IMG/VR virus record: IMGVR_UViG_3300029570_000316
Source: a virus
Taxonomy: Duplodnaviria > Heunggongvirae > Uroviricota > Caudoviricetes
Length of the DNA: 64,000 nucleotides
Reading direction: 5' to 3' (one strand)
Part shown: one piece after another, positions 16,887-25,166 of the stretch
Numbering within the stretch: the first letter of the stretch is position 1
Layout: each line of letters begins with the position of its first letter
Position numbers and translations under genes: made by a program
The notes under the pieces: generated by a model
Seen by the model: only the letters and a program-made list of their open reading frames with translations
Database searches by the model: none
What the model was told of the DNA's origin: nothing

Positions 16887-17984
16887 TCCTCCTTTTTTAT
16901 TTTAGATAGCCAGCAATCCCAGATTCTAGTAGCTACATTAGCCATCATAACTGGAGGCACACACATACCACAGGCAAACCAAGGCTTCATACCATTAAAG
17001 TCATAATCCATAGGGAATGTTGAGGCTAAAATCGTATCATGCGCCGACATATAGCTTGGATTATCAAAATACACAAGTCTATCTTCCATTGCTGATATAG
17101 TATTGCATACCTTATTCTTTTTAAGAAACATATTATTGAACATAGAAAGACGATTATCCATCCGCTTGACAATATCACCGATAGAATTGTCCTTTTCGTT
17201 TCTATACTCCCAATACTTCATCATTCCTTTAGGAATCTGTCTTCCATTATAGTCCGAGAACTCATCCAAGACAATTTCTTTCTCGTTGAAGTCCATATCT
17301 ATCTTAGGCACTCGCTCGAACAAATCCTTCTGAACCATAAACGGCTTGCAAAGGTCTTTGCGTAATCCTAGAAAGAACACCCTAGGTCGATTCTGAGGAA
17401 CACCCATATTACGTGCATTAAGCAACCAATGCTGCAAGATATATCCGGCATTATCCATCTGCTTGTAAATCTCTTTCACGTACTCGATAGCTTCACCTTG
17501 CAACAAACCTTGGACATTCTCAAAAACCACCACCTTTGGCTTTAGTTCTTTAGCAAGGTCAATAGAGTAGAAAGCCAAATCGTCAAGCCTTTGCGCCTTC
17601 TGACCTTCTCGGAATACTTTTTCCTTTCCCCAAGCCTTTTGGCGGTCACCTGCAATACTGAATACAGAACATGGGAAACTAGCATCCAATATATCCAAAT
17701 TATGCAACTCTTCTTTCATAATATGGCCCCCCCATATTGATATTGGTAATCAACTCACGAATATCACAATTGAAAGAATACTTGACATCGTGATTCTTCA
17801 AGTACATCTTCATAACCTTTGGGTCTATCTCATTACAGGCTACAACATCGTAGCCAGCTAGTTTGTAACCAAAGGAACTTCCACCTCCACAACAAAAGCA
17901 AGACATCACCTTACCTTTGTCTTTTGTGAAATTAGCATCTTTTTTAGTCCATCTATAAGGGAACTTGTGCTCGTTTTTATACAT
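16877..17984 (-). pseudogene. DNA (cytosine-5) methyltransferase split into two ORFs by a +1 frameshift at a G7 homopolymer
   Basis: ORF 17700..17984 has motif I FCCGGGSSFG; ORF 16877..17719 has PC (SFPCSVFS) and ENV motifs. The ORFs overlap by 20 nt in different frames. A (G)7 run lies at 17727-17733 (minus sense ATGGGGGGGCC); one fewer G fuses the frames. Confidence 0.55.
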
Positions 17985-18078
17985 TTATCTACCATAAAAA
18001 ACAATCGTTAATAAAAACCGATGTATAAAAATAACCACAAGTAATATGGTTGTAAAAAAGGGACTCTAACCCTTGAAT

Positions 18079-18309
18079 TTAGATTCTGTTTTCTTCGACA
18101 ATGCGTCTTAAATAATCATCCGCAGCGTTATCGTCTATTTTTGACTTAAGAGACATTCCTGTGTTATATCCTATCATTAAGGACACATTCTTGCTCTTTT
18201 TCTTGTTCTTTCCATATCGCCAGCTAAAAAACTTTCCTAGCCAAGCTATACCAACAATACCATCTGATACTACTATTGTCGGAAACAAAACAAATACTCT
18301 ATATATCAT
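18079..18309 (-). CDS. small membrane protein (holin-like?)
   Basis: 76 aa; N-terminal TM helix VFVLFPTIVVSDGIVGIAWL. Confidence 0.35.
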   Translation of the reverse strand: MIYRVFVLFPTIVVSDGIVGIAWLGKFFSWRYGKNKKKSKNVSLMIGYNTGMSLKSKIDDNAADDYLRRIVEENRI

Positions 18310-18601
18310 CGCAATCTAATTGAGAGTTAAAAATATATCTGTTCTGATTCAACCAAAGCTCCACGTAGTCAGCCTTGATTTTCAGAAATTCTTCGTATGT
18401 GTAGCATTTCTGCTGCTTACCACCTTTGTTCCAATAATAGGCAACTCCTCCCAAAGAAAAGAAGTCTATCAAGTCCATTTCCTTTCGCTCCGGTTCTTCA
18501 CGTTTTTTCTTTTGCCTATATCTACTTACAGCAAGCAATATGAGACAAACGCAAAGCAACATGGAAACCAGTATCTCGAATATCAACCTTACGTCTTGCA
18601 T
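18299..18601 (-). CDS. membrane protein (holin-like?)
   Basis: 100 aa; TM helix ILVSMLLCVCLILLAV followed by a K/R/E-rich segment. Confidence 0.4.
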   Translation of the reverse strand: MQDVRLIFEILVSMLLCVCLILLAVSRYRQKKKREEPERKEMDLIDFFSLGGVAYYWNKGGKQQKCYTYEEFLKIKADYVELWLNQNRYIFNSQLDCDDI

Positions 18602-18752
18602 CTTATTTTAAACACAAAAACACGAAACTACCGATTGCAAAGTCAAAGGAATAGTGACTCGGACTGCCTTTCGGTATAGTCCATCGGGTTTCGTGTCTCT
18701 AATATCTTATCAATTTCTTAAATCGCCATTTTATCCTTTTTTGTTCTGCGCT

Positions 18753-18763
18753 TGCAAAGATAA
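18753..18763 (-). promoter_or_regulatory. -7 promoter motif upstream of the 18299..18601 gene
   Basis: TTGCAAAGATA; the long 5'UTR contains nested hairpins. Confidence 0.4.
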
Positions 18764-19018
18764 ATAATATTTCGCTAACTTGCAAGCGTTTTAGTGCTTT
18801 TAATACTTTATTTGCATTATTTTAAACTTATCCTTTTTTGAAGTTCATGCCAAACTCTTCTTCCGTTACCTCATACATTACATCACCACATGCTACTCTT
18901 TGCTTGTCTTTTGCCATCAGCAATAAGTTTCTATAAGGTATCTCTTTCACGACTTCTTGGTAAGATAAATGCAGACTATCCATAAAAGATGCAATCTGTC
19001 CTAAGAGTGTATCGTTAC

Positions 19019-19402
19019 CTATGGTCGTGGTTTTGCTATCATCCTTGCCGCACTCTTCGCCAAAATTGATAGCGTCTGAAAATCCTTTATAGAGATTAAG
19101 GAATAAGCCGTTTGTAAGCCATTGACAACCTCTTCAAGCGTTCCTTTAGATAATTCATCACTAATGGATTCATCGCCTTGTATGAATACGGACAACGCCT
19201 TGCAAGCATCATCCAAATTCTTAAGCATGCATAAGACTTCCGCTAAGGTCTTGCCCTCTTCGAAACTATCAAGGTATTTAGCCGCCTTGACCAATTTTAT
19301 AATTGTAGGTGGTGAAACGTAATAAGCCCTTCCATTCACGATTATCGTTACGGTGTCCTCTCCAAGAATTGCATCCGTAACTAATTTACTTGCCTTACTC
19401 AT
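19019..19402 (-). CDS. hypothetical virion-module protein
   Basis: 127 aa, immediately downstream of the tail gene terminator. Confidence 0.4.
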   Translation of the reverse strand: MSKASKLVTDAILGEDTVTIIVNGRAYYVSPPTIIKLVKAAKYLDSFEEGKTLAEVLCMLKNLDDACKALSVFIQGDESISDELSKGTLEEVVNGLQTAYSLISIKDFQTLSILAKSAARMIAKPRP

Positions 19403-19414
19403 GGTTCTGAATAT

Positions 19415-19446
19415 TAAAAAAGGGGAACGGCATTAACACCATCCCC
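19415..19446 (-). terminator. rho-independent terminator after the putative major tail gene
   Basis: Minus sense GGGGATGGTGTTAATGCCGTTCCCC followed by T6. Confidence 0.55.
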
Positions 19447-19469
19447 CTCTATCATTTGTTGCCTATGTC

Positions 19470-20027
19470 TTATTCTTGTTCTACAACCGCAGAGCCTTCC
19501 CATTGGTACTCGCCAGCCACACCATCGATCTCGCTTTCCATAGCAACGGCAGAAATACCCAAAGTGATATTCTTATCCTGCTGGTCACCCTTGGCAACGA
19601 TAGCCGCATTTGAGAAAACGATGTAGTTCCCTGTCTTGGTCTGAGCAACGATACACTTGTTGATATTAGCCAAATCTTGGCTAGAAGACCAACCTACTGC
19701 ATCTGCCTCCGTTGTAGTCTCTTCTCCAGTTGCCTTGTACATCTTACCACCCTGCAAGTCTACCTTATTCTTCCATGAAAAGACACCAATAGAGAATGTA
19801 ATTGTCTTAGCACCCTCATCGGTCTTGTCACGATAGTAAACCTGTCCGTTCAGCTCGTTCTTGTACTCGGTAACACTAGGGTCATCCTGAGAATATCCCC
19901 ATGTTCCCTCATGGCTGTTCTTAACCTCTGTAGCGGTTTTCAACCATGTAGCCAACTTAGCAGGTGTATTTGCCTCGGTAAGAGGAGCACCATACCAAAT
20001 TCTCTTGATTCCAATAAATGGTTTCAT
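19470..20027 (-). CDS. putative major tail protein
   Basis: 185 aa, Thr/Gly-rich beta-type composition; sits in the morphogenesis block and is followed by a strong rho-independent terminator. Confidence 0.4.
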   Translation of the reverse strand: MKPFIGIKRIWYGAPLTEANTPAKLATWLKTATEVKNSHEGTWGYSQDDPSVTEYKNELNGQVYYRDKTDEGAKTITFSIGVFSWKNKVDLQGGKMYKATGEETTTEADAVGWSSSQDLANINKCIVAQTKTGNYIVFSNAAIVAKGDQQDKNITLGISAVAMESEIDGVAGEYQWEGSAVVEQE

Positions 20028-20028
20028 C

Positions 20029-20457
20029 TTATCTTACGTTTAATGTTTCAAAATCAATAGTAATGTTTGCGTAATGGCAACTCAACCTACTCTCTTGCTC
20101 TATGCCGTGGGAACGGATAGAATAGCGATACCATACATCCTCAGCTTTTCCGACCTCATTGTCGGACAGGGTTTGAATAGCCTTCTTTAAAAGCTCGTTC
20201 AATTGAGGATTAGCCTCGCCCTCTATATCTTTGAGCAATATGTTTACCTCTATAGTACAATCGTTGAAATATGTCTTGTCTGCACTCATGCGCTTAGGAA
20301 TGATTACTATCATGCCTTCATCAGGAATCTTCTCACCGACCAAAGGTCTTTCCCCCTCAAGTCCACCCTTTGTCAGATGTCCTTTCAGTCTTCGTTCCAA
20401 TCCCATAAGTTCCAAGTCATCATAGATTACATGACCAGCATCTATTTCTGTTATCAT
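20029..20457 (-). CDS. putative head-tail connector / tail-completion protein
   Basis: 142 aa; position between capsid and tail genes only. Confidence 0.35.
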   Translation of the reverse strand: MITEIDAGHVIYDDLELMGLERRLKGHLTKGGLEGERPLVGEKIPDEGMIVIIPKRMSADKTYFNDCTIEVNILLKDIEGEANPQLNELLKKAIQTLSDNEVGKAEDVWYRYSIRSHGIEQESRLSCHYANITIDFETLNVR

Positions 20458-20744
20458 CGCATATCCTCGATTTCTTTCTTGATATACTGAATACCCGAAT
20501 CTATAACATCATATCCCCTAGAGGAAACATCAGACGCATATTCCGCTTTGTTGCCAATGGTCAAGGTGTGGTCATGTACATTACTATAGTTAGACCTTCT
20601 GAGATTACCTGTGCGGTTTCGGTAGTTTCCGTTAGCCTTATCAAGCTCAACAGCAGTTTTACCTAACCTGTCAAGAAATTCATCTACTTCCCTTTCTCCC
20701 TGTGCAAAGAAAGCGTCTATCTCATCCTTTATAACATCAGACAT
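20454..20744 (-). CDS. putative head-tail joining protein
   Basis: 96 aa; overlapping stop-start with neighbours, typical of connector genes. Confidence 0.35.
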   Translation of the reverse strand: MSDVIKDEIDAFFAQGEREVDEFLDRLGKTAVELDKANGNYRNRTGNLRRSNYSNVHDHTLTIGNKAEYASDVSSRGYDVIDSGIQYIKKEIEDMR

Positions 20745-21051
20745 AGATACTCATATAACCAAGATAATTGCACTTAGGGGCATTATAGACCTTTCCACCT
20801 CCTCGGTAACTTCCATCATCGGAATATACTTTGACTTCATCACCTTCGGAAATCTGGCACTTGTCACAAACAATATGATATTTCGGTGTATATATGCTAC
20901 CATTAACGGTAGTGAAATGCTCGGTAGAGTTGTCATCGCACCGACAACGCCCCATTTCTTTCCATTCCTCAGAAGAGCTAATGACCTCGTTGTACTTGTT
21001 GACAACCTTATTCACGAACTTTTTCTTTAATATATGAGGGGAATATAACAT
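20737..21051 (-). CDS. hypothetical protein
   Basis: 104-aa minus ORF. Confidence 0.35.
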   Translation of the reverse strand: MLYSPHILKKKFVNKVVNKYNEVISSSEEWKEMGRCRCDDNSTEHFTTVNGSIYTPKYHIVCDKCQISEGDEVKVYSDDGSYRGGGKVYNAPKCNYLGYMSIYV

Positions 21052-21062
21052 AACCTAGACAT

Positions 21063-21398
21063 TTACCAAATATCAGACTTATCCGTGATAGTGGAAAGCC
21101 CTAAAGCTGCCACCACTTCATTATCCGGAGTAACACCATACTTACGGCAAAGCCACATATAGTATTGTCCTATCCTAGAGTAGTCCCAAGAGACAGAGAA
21201 TCCATTTTCGTTCACATTGCTCATATATGGGGCAAGCATAAGTTCCTCGATTACGGAAATCATCGCCTTGCCTACAACCTGCGAATTATCAGACGTATAT
21301 TCTTCGTCAAGGTCTATACCTGACGAAATATCTTCCAATTGGGCATCCGTTATGTTCCAAGCACGCAACTTCTGCGAAATGTATTCTCTTATCTTCAT
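21063..21398 (-). CDS. hypothetical protein
   Basis: 111-aa minus ORF. Confidence 0.4.
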   Translation of the reverse strand: MKIREYISQKLRAWNITDAQLEDISSGIDLDEEYTSDNSQVVGKAMISVIEELMLAPYMSNVNENGFSVSWDYSRIGQYYMWLCRKYGVTPDNEVVAALGLSTITDKSDIW

Positions 21399-21407
21399 GT
21401 GACATCA

Positions 21408-21866
21408 TTATTTCTGAGCCTGACTCATAGCCTCAGCGATTTTCTTTGCAGCCTCTTGCTCGCTCTTAGCCTTTTCGTCAAGCTCCTCTTCTACATTCTC
21501 CTTTTCAGAAGTCTCTTCGGTTGACTCGGCAGCATCCTTTTTTGGGGTTTTCTCCTTTTTAGTCTTGCTCTCCTTCTTCTCCTTTAAGACTTCCTTCTTA
21601 GGTGTCTCTTCTGATTTTTTATCTTCATCCTCTTTAGGATTTTCTTTTCCATCATTCAAGACTTCCTTTTTAGGAGTATCTTTAATTTCCTTATCGTCTT
21701 TTGGAGATGCAGAACTATTATCGTTCTGCACCTCCAACATCTTGCAAAGCTTACGTTCGATAAGGGAGTTCATGCGTTCTTCGTCAAAGTCCAAGATTGC
21801 ACCTACTTCATAGATGGTGTTAAAATGGAACTTATCACGGAACGGACTAATTACCTCACCTCTCAT
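21408..21866 (-). CDS. Lys/Glu-rich low-complexity protein with internal repeats
   Basis: 152 aa; repeated TPKKEVL...KE(D/K) units; directly downstream of the capsid gene. Confidence 0.45.
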   Translation of the reverse strand: MRGEVISPFRDKFHFNTIYEVGAILDFDEERMNSLIERKLCKMLEVQNDNSSASPKDDKEIKDTPKKEVLNDGKENPKEDEDKKSEETPKKEVLKEKKESKTKKEKTPKKDAAESTEETSEKENVEEELDEKAKSEQEAAKKIAEAMSQAQK

Positions 21867-21870
21867 AAGC

Positions 21871-22959
21871 CTAACCTACTGCTTGTGTTGAGTCCAAAGA
21901 ATAGATAGCATCAACGTTATTCAAGATAGGAACAACCATTGCTTGTGAGCTGGTGAACTCACGGAGTGGGTCGTTGGTAGAATAACGACTAGCCAAGATA
22001 TACTCATCGGCTGACTGATAAGTAACACCTGCAACTGGTCTTGTAGCTTCGGCTACGTTAGTCCAGAACAAATCACCAAGGTTATCATAGCATGTAAAGG
22101 TCATGTGACCCTTAGCCCAAGGGTTGTGTGTTCCCTTCTTGCCGTTAATCTCGGTCTTGATTGTACGGGCTACACGTACCAAGTTAGTCTGCCACTTATT
22201 TCTGAAGATAGAAGCAATCTGCTCAAAGCTCAAAATAGGGATATTGCTATTACTATTGGTTGCAATGCCTTGATTGAAGGCAAACTGAGCACGAACCTGC
22301 TTGTTCTTGCCAAGCAACTTGATTGTGTAATCATCAAGATAACAAGTAGTGATGGTATTTTGGTCTTCCATCGCCTTGTCGTAAACCAATTGGATGTCAT
22401 CAAGAGGAGTTGCATCCTCTGCGTCCCAAGCCTTAGCACCGTGACCGAACTTATTCTTCTCGGCAAAACCTACATCAATTCGGATACCAGTACCACCGGA
22501 ACGAGTTGCCAAAGCTACACCTGTTGACAGCTCACTGAGGAACATATCTTCAATACGCTCGTAAACCGCCTGAATACAACGAGGAAGGTCTGCAAACAAG
22601 TTACGCAAAATCTGTGGCTGAGGCAAACGTTGCGCAATCATGTTATCCAAATCCTTAAGCTGCTTCTCTGACATGTAAAGCTTCATACCAACCTTTGGGA
22701 TTTGACCCTCAGCGGTTGAAACCTTATCACGGCTCTTCAATGGAAGTTCTGCATCCATTGATACAACATCAGCAGCAACTCGTGTGTATTCCGCAGTAAT
22801 TGATGCCCAGCGTCCGTCCTGACTATATGTGTTAGTCAAGTGGTCTCGGTACATATAGGTCAATGCAGTCTGATTCTTGCCGTTCAACTTCTCTACTACA
22901 CTTGCAACAAGTTGTGGGAAGTATTTATTGACCAACTGAAAATAAAGTGATTTTTCCAT
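21871..22959 (-). CDS. putative major capsid protein
   Basis: 362 aa, immediately downstream of the scaffold-like gene; size and context fit an HK97-fold capsid protein. No direct motif evidence. Confidence 0.5.
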   Translation of the reverse strand: MEKSLYFQLVNKYFPQLVASVVEKLNGKNQTALTYMYRDHLTNTYSQDGRWASITAEYTRVAADVVSMDAELPLKSRDKVSTAEGQIPKVGMKLYMSEKQLKDLDNMIAQRLPQPQILRNLFADLPRCIQAVYERIEDMFLSELSTGVALATRSGGTGIRIDVGFAEKNKFGHGAKAWDAEDATPLDDIQLVYDKAMEDQNTITTCYLDDYTIKLLGKNKQVRAQFAFNQGIATNSNSNIPILSFEQIASIFRNKWQTNLVRVARTIKTEINGKKGTHNPWAKGHMTFTCYDNLGDLFWTNVAEATRPVAGVTYQSADEYILASRYSTNDPLREFTSSQAMVVPILNNVDAIYSLDSTQAVG

Positions 22960-22976
22960 CTGTTATCCTCCTTCTT

Positions 22977-23438
22977 TTAGTCTTTGTCCATGGTTGCATC
23001 AGACTCATCGAACTTGTTTGCATCCTCATCGCTAACCAAAGCAATCTTTGGCATAGCTGTAAGGAACGCATCCGGATAGTCTGCACCATTTGCAGCCTTA
23101 GCTGCTACCTTGTTAACTTGTCCAGCAGTCATAATTGCCGCTGGTTCACCGTTCAGAATGGAACGATAGAGAACACCCGCATACTTGTAATGCTCCAATG
23201 GGTCGCTGGCAGTACCCAAATCCTTATAGTTGCCTGTTTCAATAGGCAATGGCTTGTAAGTTCCCTTACCATCTGTCACGATAACACGACCTGCGTAAAG
23301 AACTTCATCTTTTACGCCTGTCCAATCCAAAGCACGACCGCCCTTGATGTCGCCTTCCCATTTCTGGATAATGACGGAATCCTCACCAAAGACAATTTGC
23401 TTTTTTGTAGTCTTCAATTCCTGATTCATGTTTTTCAA
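22977..23438 (-). CDS. hypothetical protein (head decoration/accessory?)
   Basis: 153 aa between the scaffold and capsid genes. Confidence 0.35.
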   Translation of the reverse strand: MKNMNQELKTTKKQIVFGEDSVIIQKWEGDIKGGRALDWTGVKDEVLYAGRVIVTDGKGTYKPLPIETGNYKDLGTASDPLEHYKYAGVLYRSILNGEPAAIMTAGQVNKVAAKAANGADYPDAFLTAMPKIALVSDEDANKFDESDATMDKD

Positions 23439-23441
23439 TTT

Positions 23442-24299
23442 TTAAAGTGACTGAACTAATGATGCGGCTACATTGTCAACGTCCTCCTTTGTTGGCTCGC
23501 CCTCGCTAGCACGATAGCTGCCCCCGAATTGTGGTTGTTGCAACGCCTTGTAGTTGTTCGCTACCTTGGAGAGGTATGTTTCGATAGCTTCATCTGTAGC
23601 ATCATCGCTCAAGGTGAAACCCTCGTTGATACGACTTTCGGGAATGCCCAACTCCTTAGCCTTTGATAAAATCTTCGCATCGTGGTCTGCCTTTGCCTTT
23701 GCCTTTGCAGCAGCCTCTTCCTTAGCCTTAGCCTCCTCAGCTTGCTTTTGGATAGTTTCTTGCAATTCCTTAATGGTCTTGCTTTGCGCCTCCATCTGTT
23801 CGTTGTAAGTCTTGGCTTGGTCTGTGTTCTTCTGAGTCAAGGTCTCAACGAGTTTCTTGAACTCTTCACGTTCCTTGGTTCTTGCTTCATCTGAAGCTTT
23901 CTTCTCTGCTGCCTGCTCTTCAAAGTATTTTTTGAGATAGTCCGGCATTTCGTTTTTCTTTGCCAATTCCTCCAAGCGTTTCCTTTCGGCTTCTTCAGCG
24001 GCTTTCTTGGCTTCTTCTTCAGCTTTCTTCTTAGCTTCTTCTTCAGCAGCCTTGCGTTCAGCATCTTCTTTAGCCTTCTGTGCCTCCTCGAACTTTTTCT
24101 TGGCATCGGTAACTCTGCGGTCATTGTCCTTTTGCAAGGACTCCAAAAAATCCTTTTGACTAGCAACCACTGTCTCGATGTTGTCATCAGTAACAAGCCC
24201 CATCTTATCAAGCATTTCGGCATGTGCCTGAAGAACTTCATCACCTAACCCAAGAGACTTATACTCTTGTTTTAGTAACTGGAAAATTTTCTCTTTCAT
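23442..24299 (-). CDS. putative scaffolding protein
   Basis: 285 aa; long coiled-coil-type A/E/K-rich segment (AEEEAKKKAEEEAKKAAEEAERKRLEELAKK) upstream of the capsid gene. Confidence 0.55.
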   Translation of the reverse strand: MKEKIFQLLKQEYKSLGLGDEVLQAHAEMLDKMGLVTDDNIETVVASQKDFLESLQKDNDRRVTDAKKKFEEAQKAKEDAERKAAEEEAKKKAEEEAKKAAEEAERKRLEELAKKNEMPDYLKKYFEEQAAEKKASDEARTKEREEFKKLVETLTQKNTDQAKTYNEQMEAQSKTIKELQETIQKQAEEAKAKEEAAAKAKAKADHDAKILSKAKELGIPESRINEGFTLSDDATDEAIETYLSKVANNYKALQQPQFGGSYRASEGEPTKEDVDNVAASLVQSL

Positions 24300-24325
24300 T
24301 CTTTCGATATATTTGTTAAAACTAG

Positions 24326-24336
24326 TGCAAAGATAA
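24326..24336 (-). promoter_or_regulatory. -7 promoter motif upstream of the scaffold/capsid operon
   Basis: GTGCAAAGATA about 30 nt upstream of the 24299 start. Confidence 0.45.
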
Positions 24337-24557
24337 TACGAAAAGGATAATTAACACACTAATCTGTTTGCAAGTATCTCACTTTTGCCTAAAAGTGAGC
24401 AATAAGGGCATTTACAAGCGATTTAAGGCTATTTTATTATGAAATCGTATACTAGTAGTAATACAAAATTAAACTCGCATATAACGAAAAAAAAACGCCA
24501 AACATCCTCACGGACATCTGACGCATGTCGAATAAAAAGAACCTAAACATTAATCAT

Positions 24558-25091
24558 CTAAAAGTTTATAACATTTCGCATATAACCCAAATGATTCAAA
24601 TTAGAATAAAACCGTCCATCACGCTCTATGAATTTACCGGACTTCACAATCTCACCATTATGCAACATTGCAAACTTAGAACCATGAGCTGTCCATTTAT
24701 TCATTTCTTTCATATGTTCATTAGAACCCCAACCATATTTCTTGATAGTAGGATAAATGAAACGCTCAAAGCAAATCTGACTATCCGTTTTATCATGCTC
24801 GGAGCAAATCGGGAGCACTCCATTATGTGCAAACCAATAACCTGCCTTATAGAATGGATGGCAATTCTTGACACAAACAGAACCATGAGTAGCAAATCTA
24901 AAATGTATGATTACATTTTCATTTATATCTCGCTTCATCAATCTACGGATAAATGTAGAGAAATGCAAACTCTTGTAATGGTCAGACTCGCTCACGAACC
25001 CACAACCATCTGGATTTCTCATATATGCAGCCTTCAGCTCATCTACGGATGGCAAAGCAACACCTTTCGGACATACAATAATAACACACAT
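24558..25091 (-). CDS. class-II glutamine amidotransferase-like (Ntn-hydrolase) protein
   Basis: 177 aa starting Met-Cys (MCVIIV...), the N-terminal Cys nucleophile arrangement of GAT-II/Ntn enzymes. Adjacent to the amidoligase gene. Confidence 0.5.
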   Translation of the reverse strand: MCVIIVCPKGVALPSVDELKAAYMRNPDGCGFVSESDHYKSLHFSTFIRRLMKRDINENVIIHFRFATHGSVCVKNCHPFYKAGYWFAHNGVLPICSEHDKTDSQICFERFIYPTIKKYGWGSNEHMKEMNKWTAHGSKFAMLHNGEIVKSGKFIERDGRFYSNLNHLGYMRNVINF

Positions 25092-25166
25092 ATCTTTACC
25101 CTTTCTTTTTTCTTTGTAATACTTTGTTTTTTGTGTCCTAGGGCTTTTACCCTAGGACTACATTAA

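Noticed and set aside
23837-24244. 135-aa K/R-rich minus-strand ORF overlapping the scaffold gene in another frame
   Set aside because: It is produced by the repetitive GAA/GCA/AAG codon composition of the scaffold coiled-coil region. The scaffold frame is the one with the plausible start and the promoter-proximal ATG.
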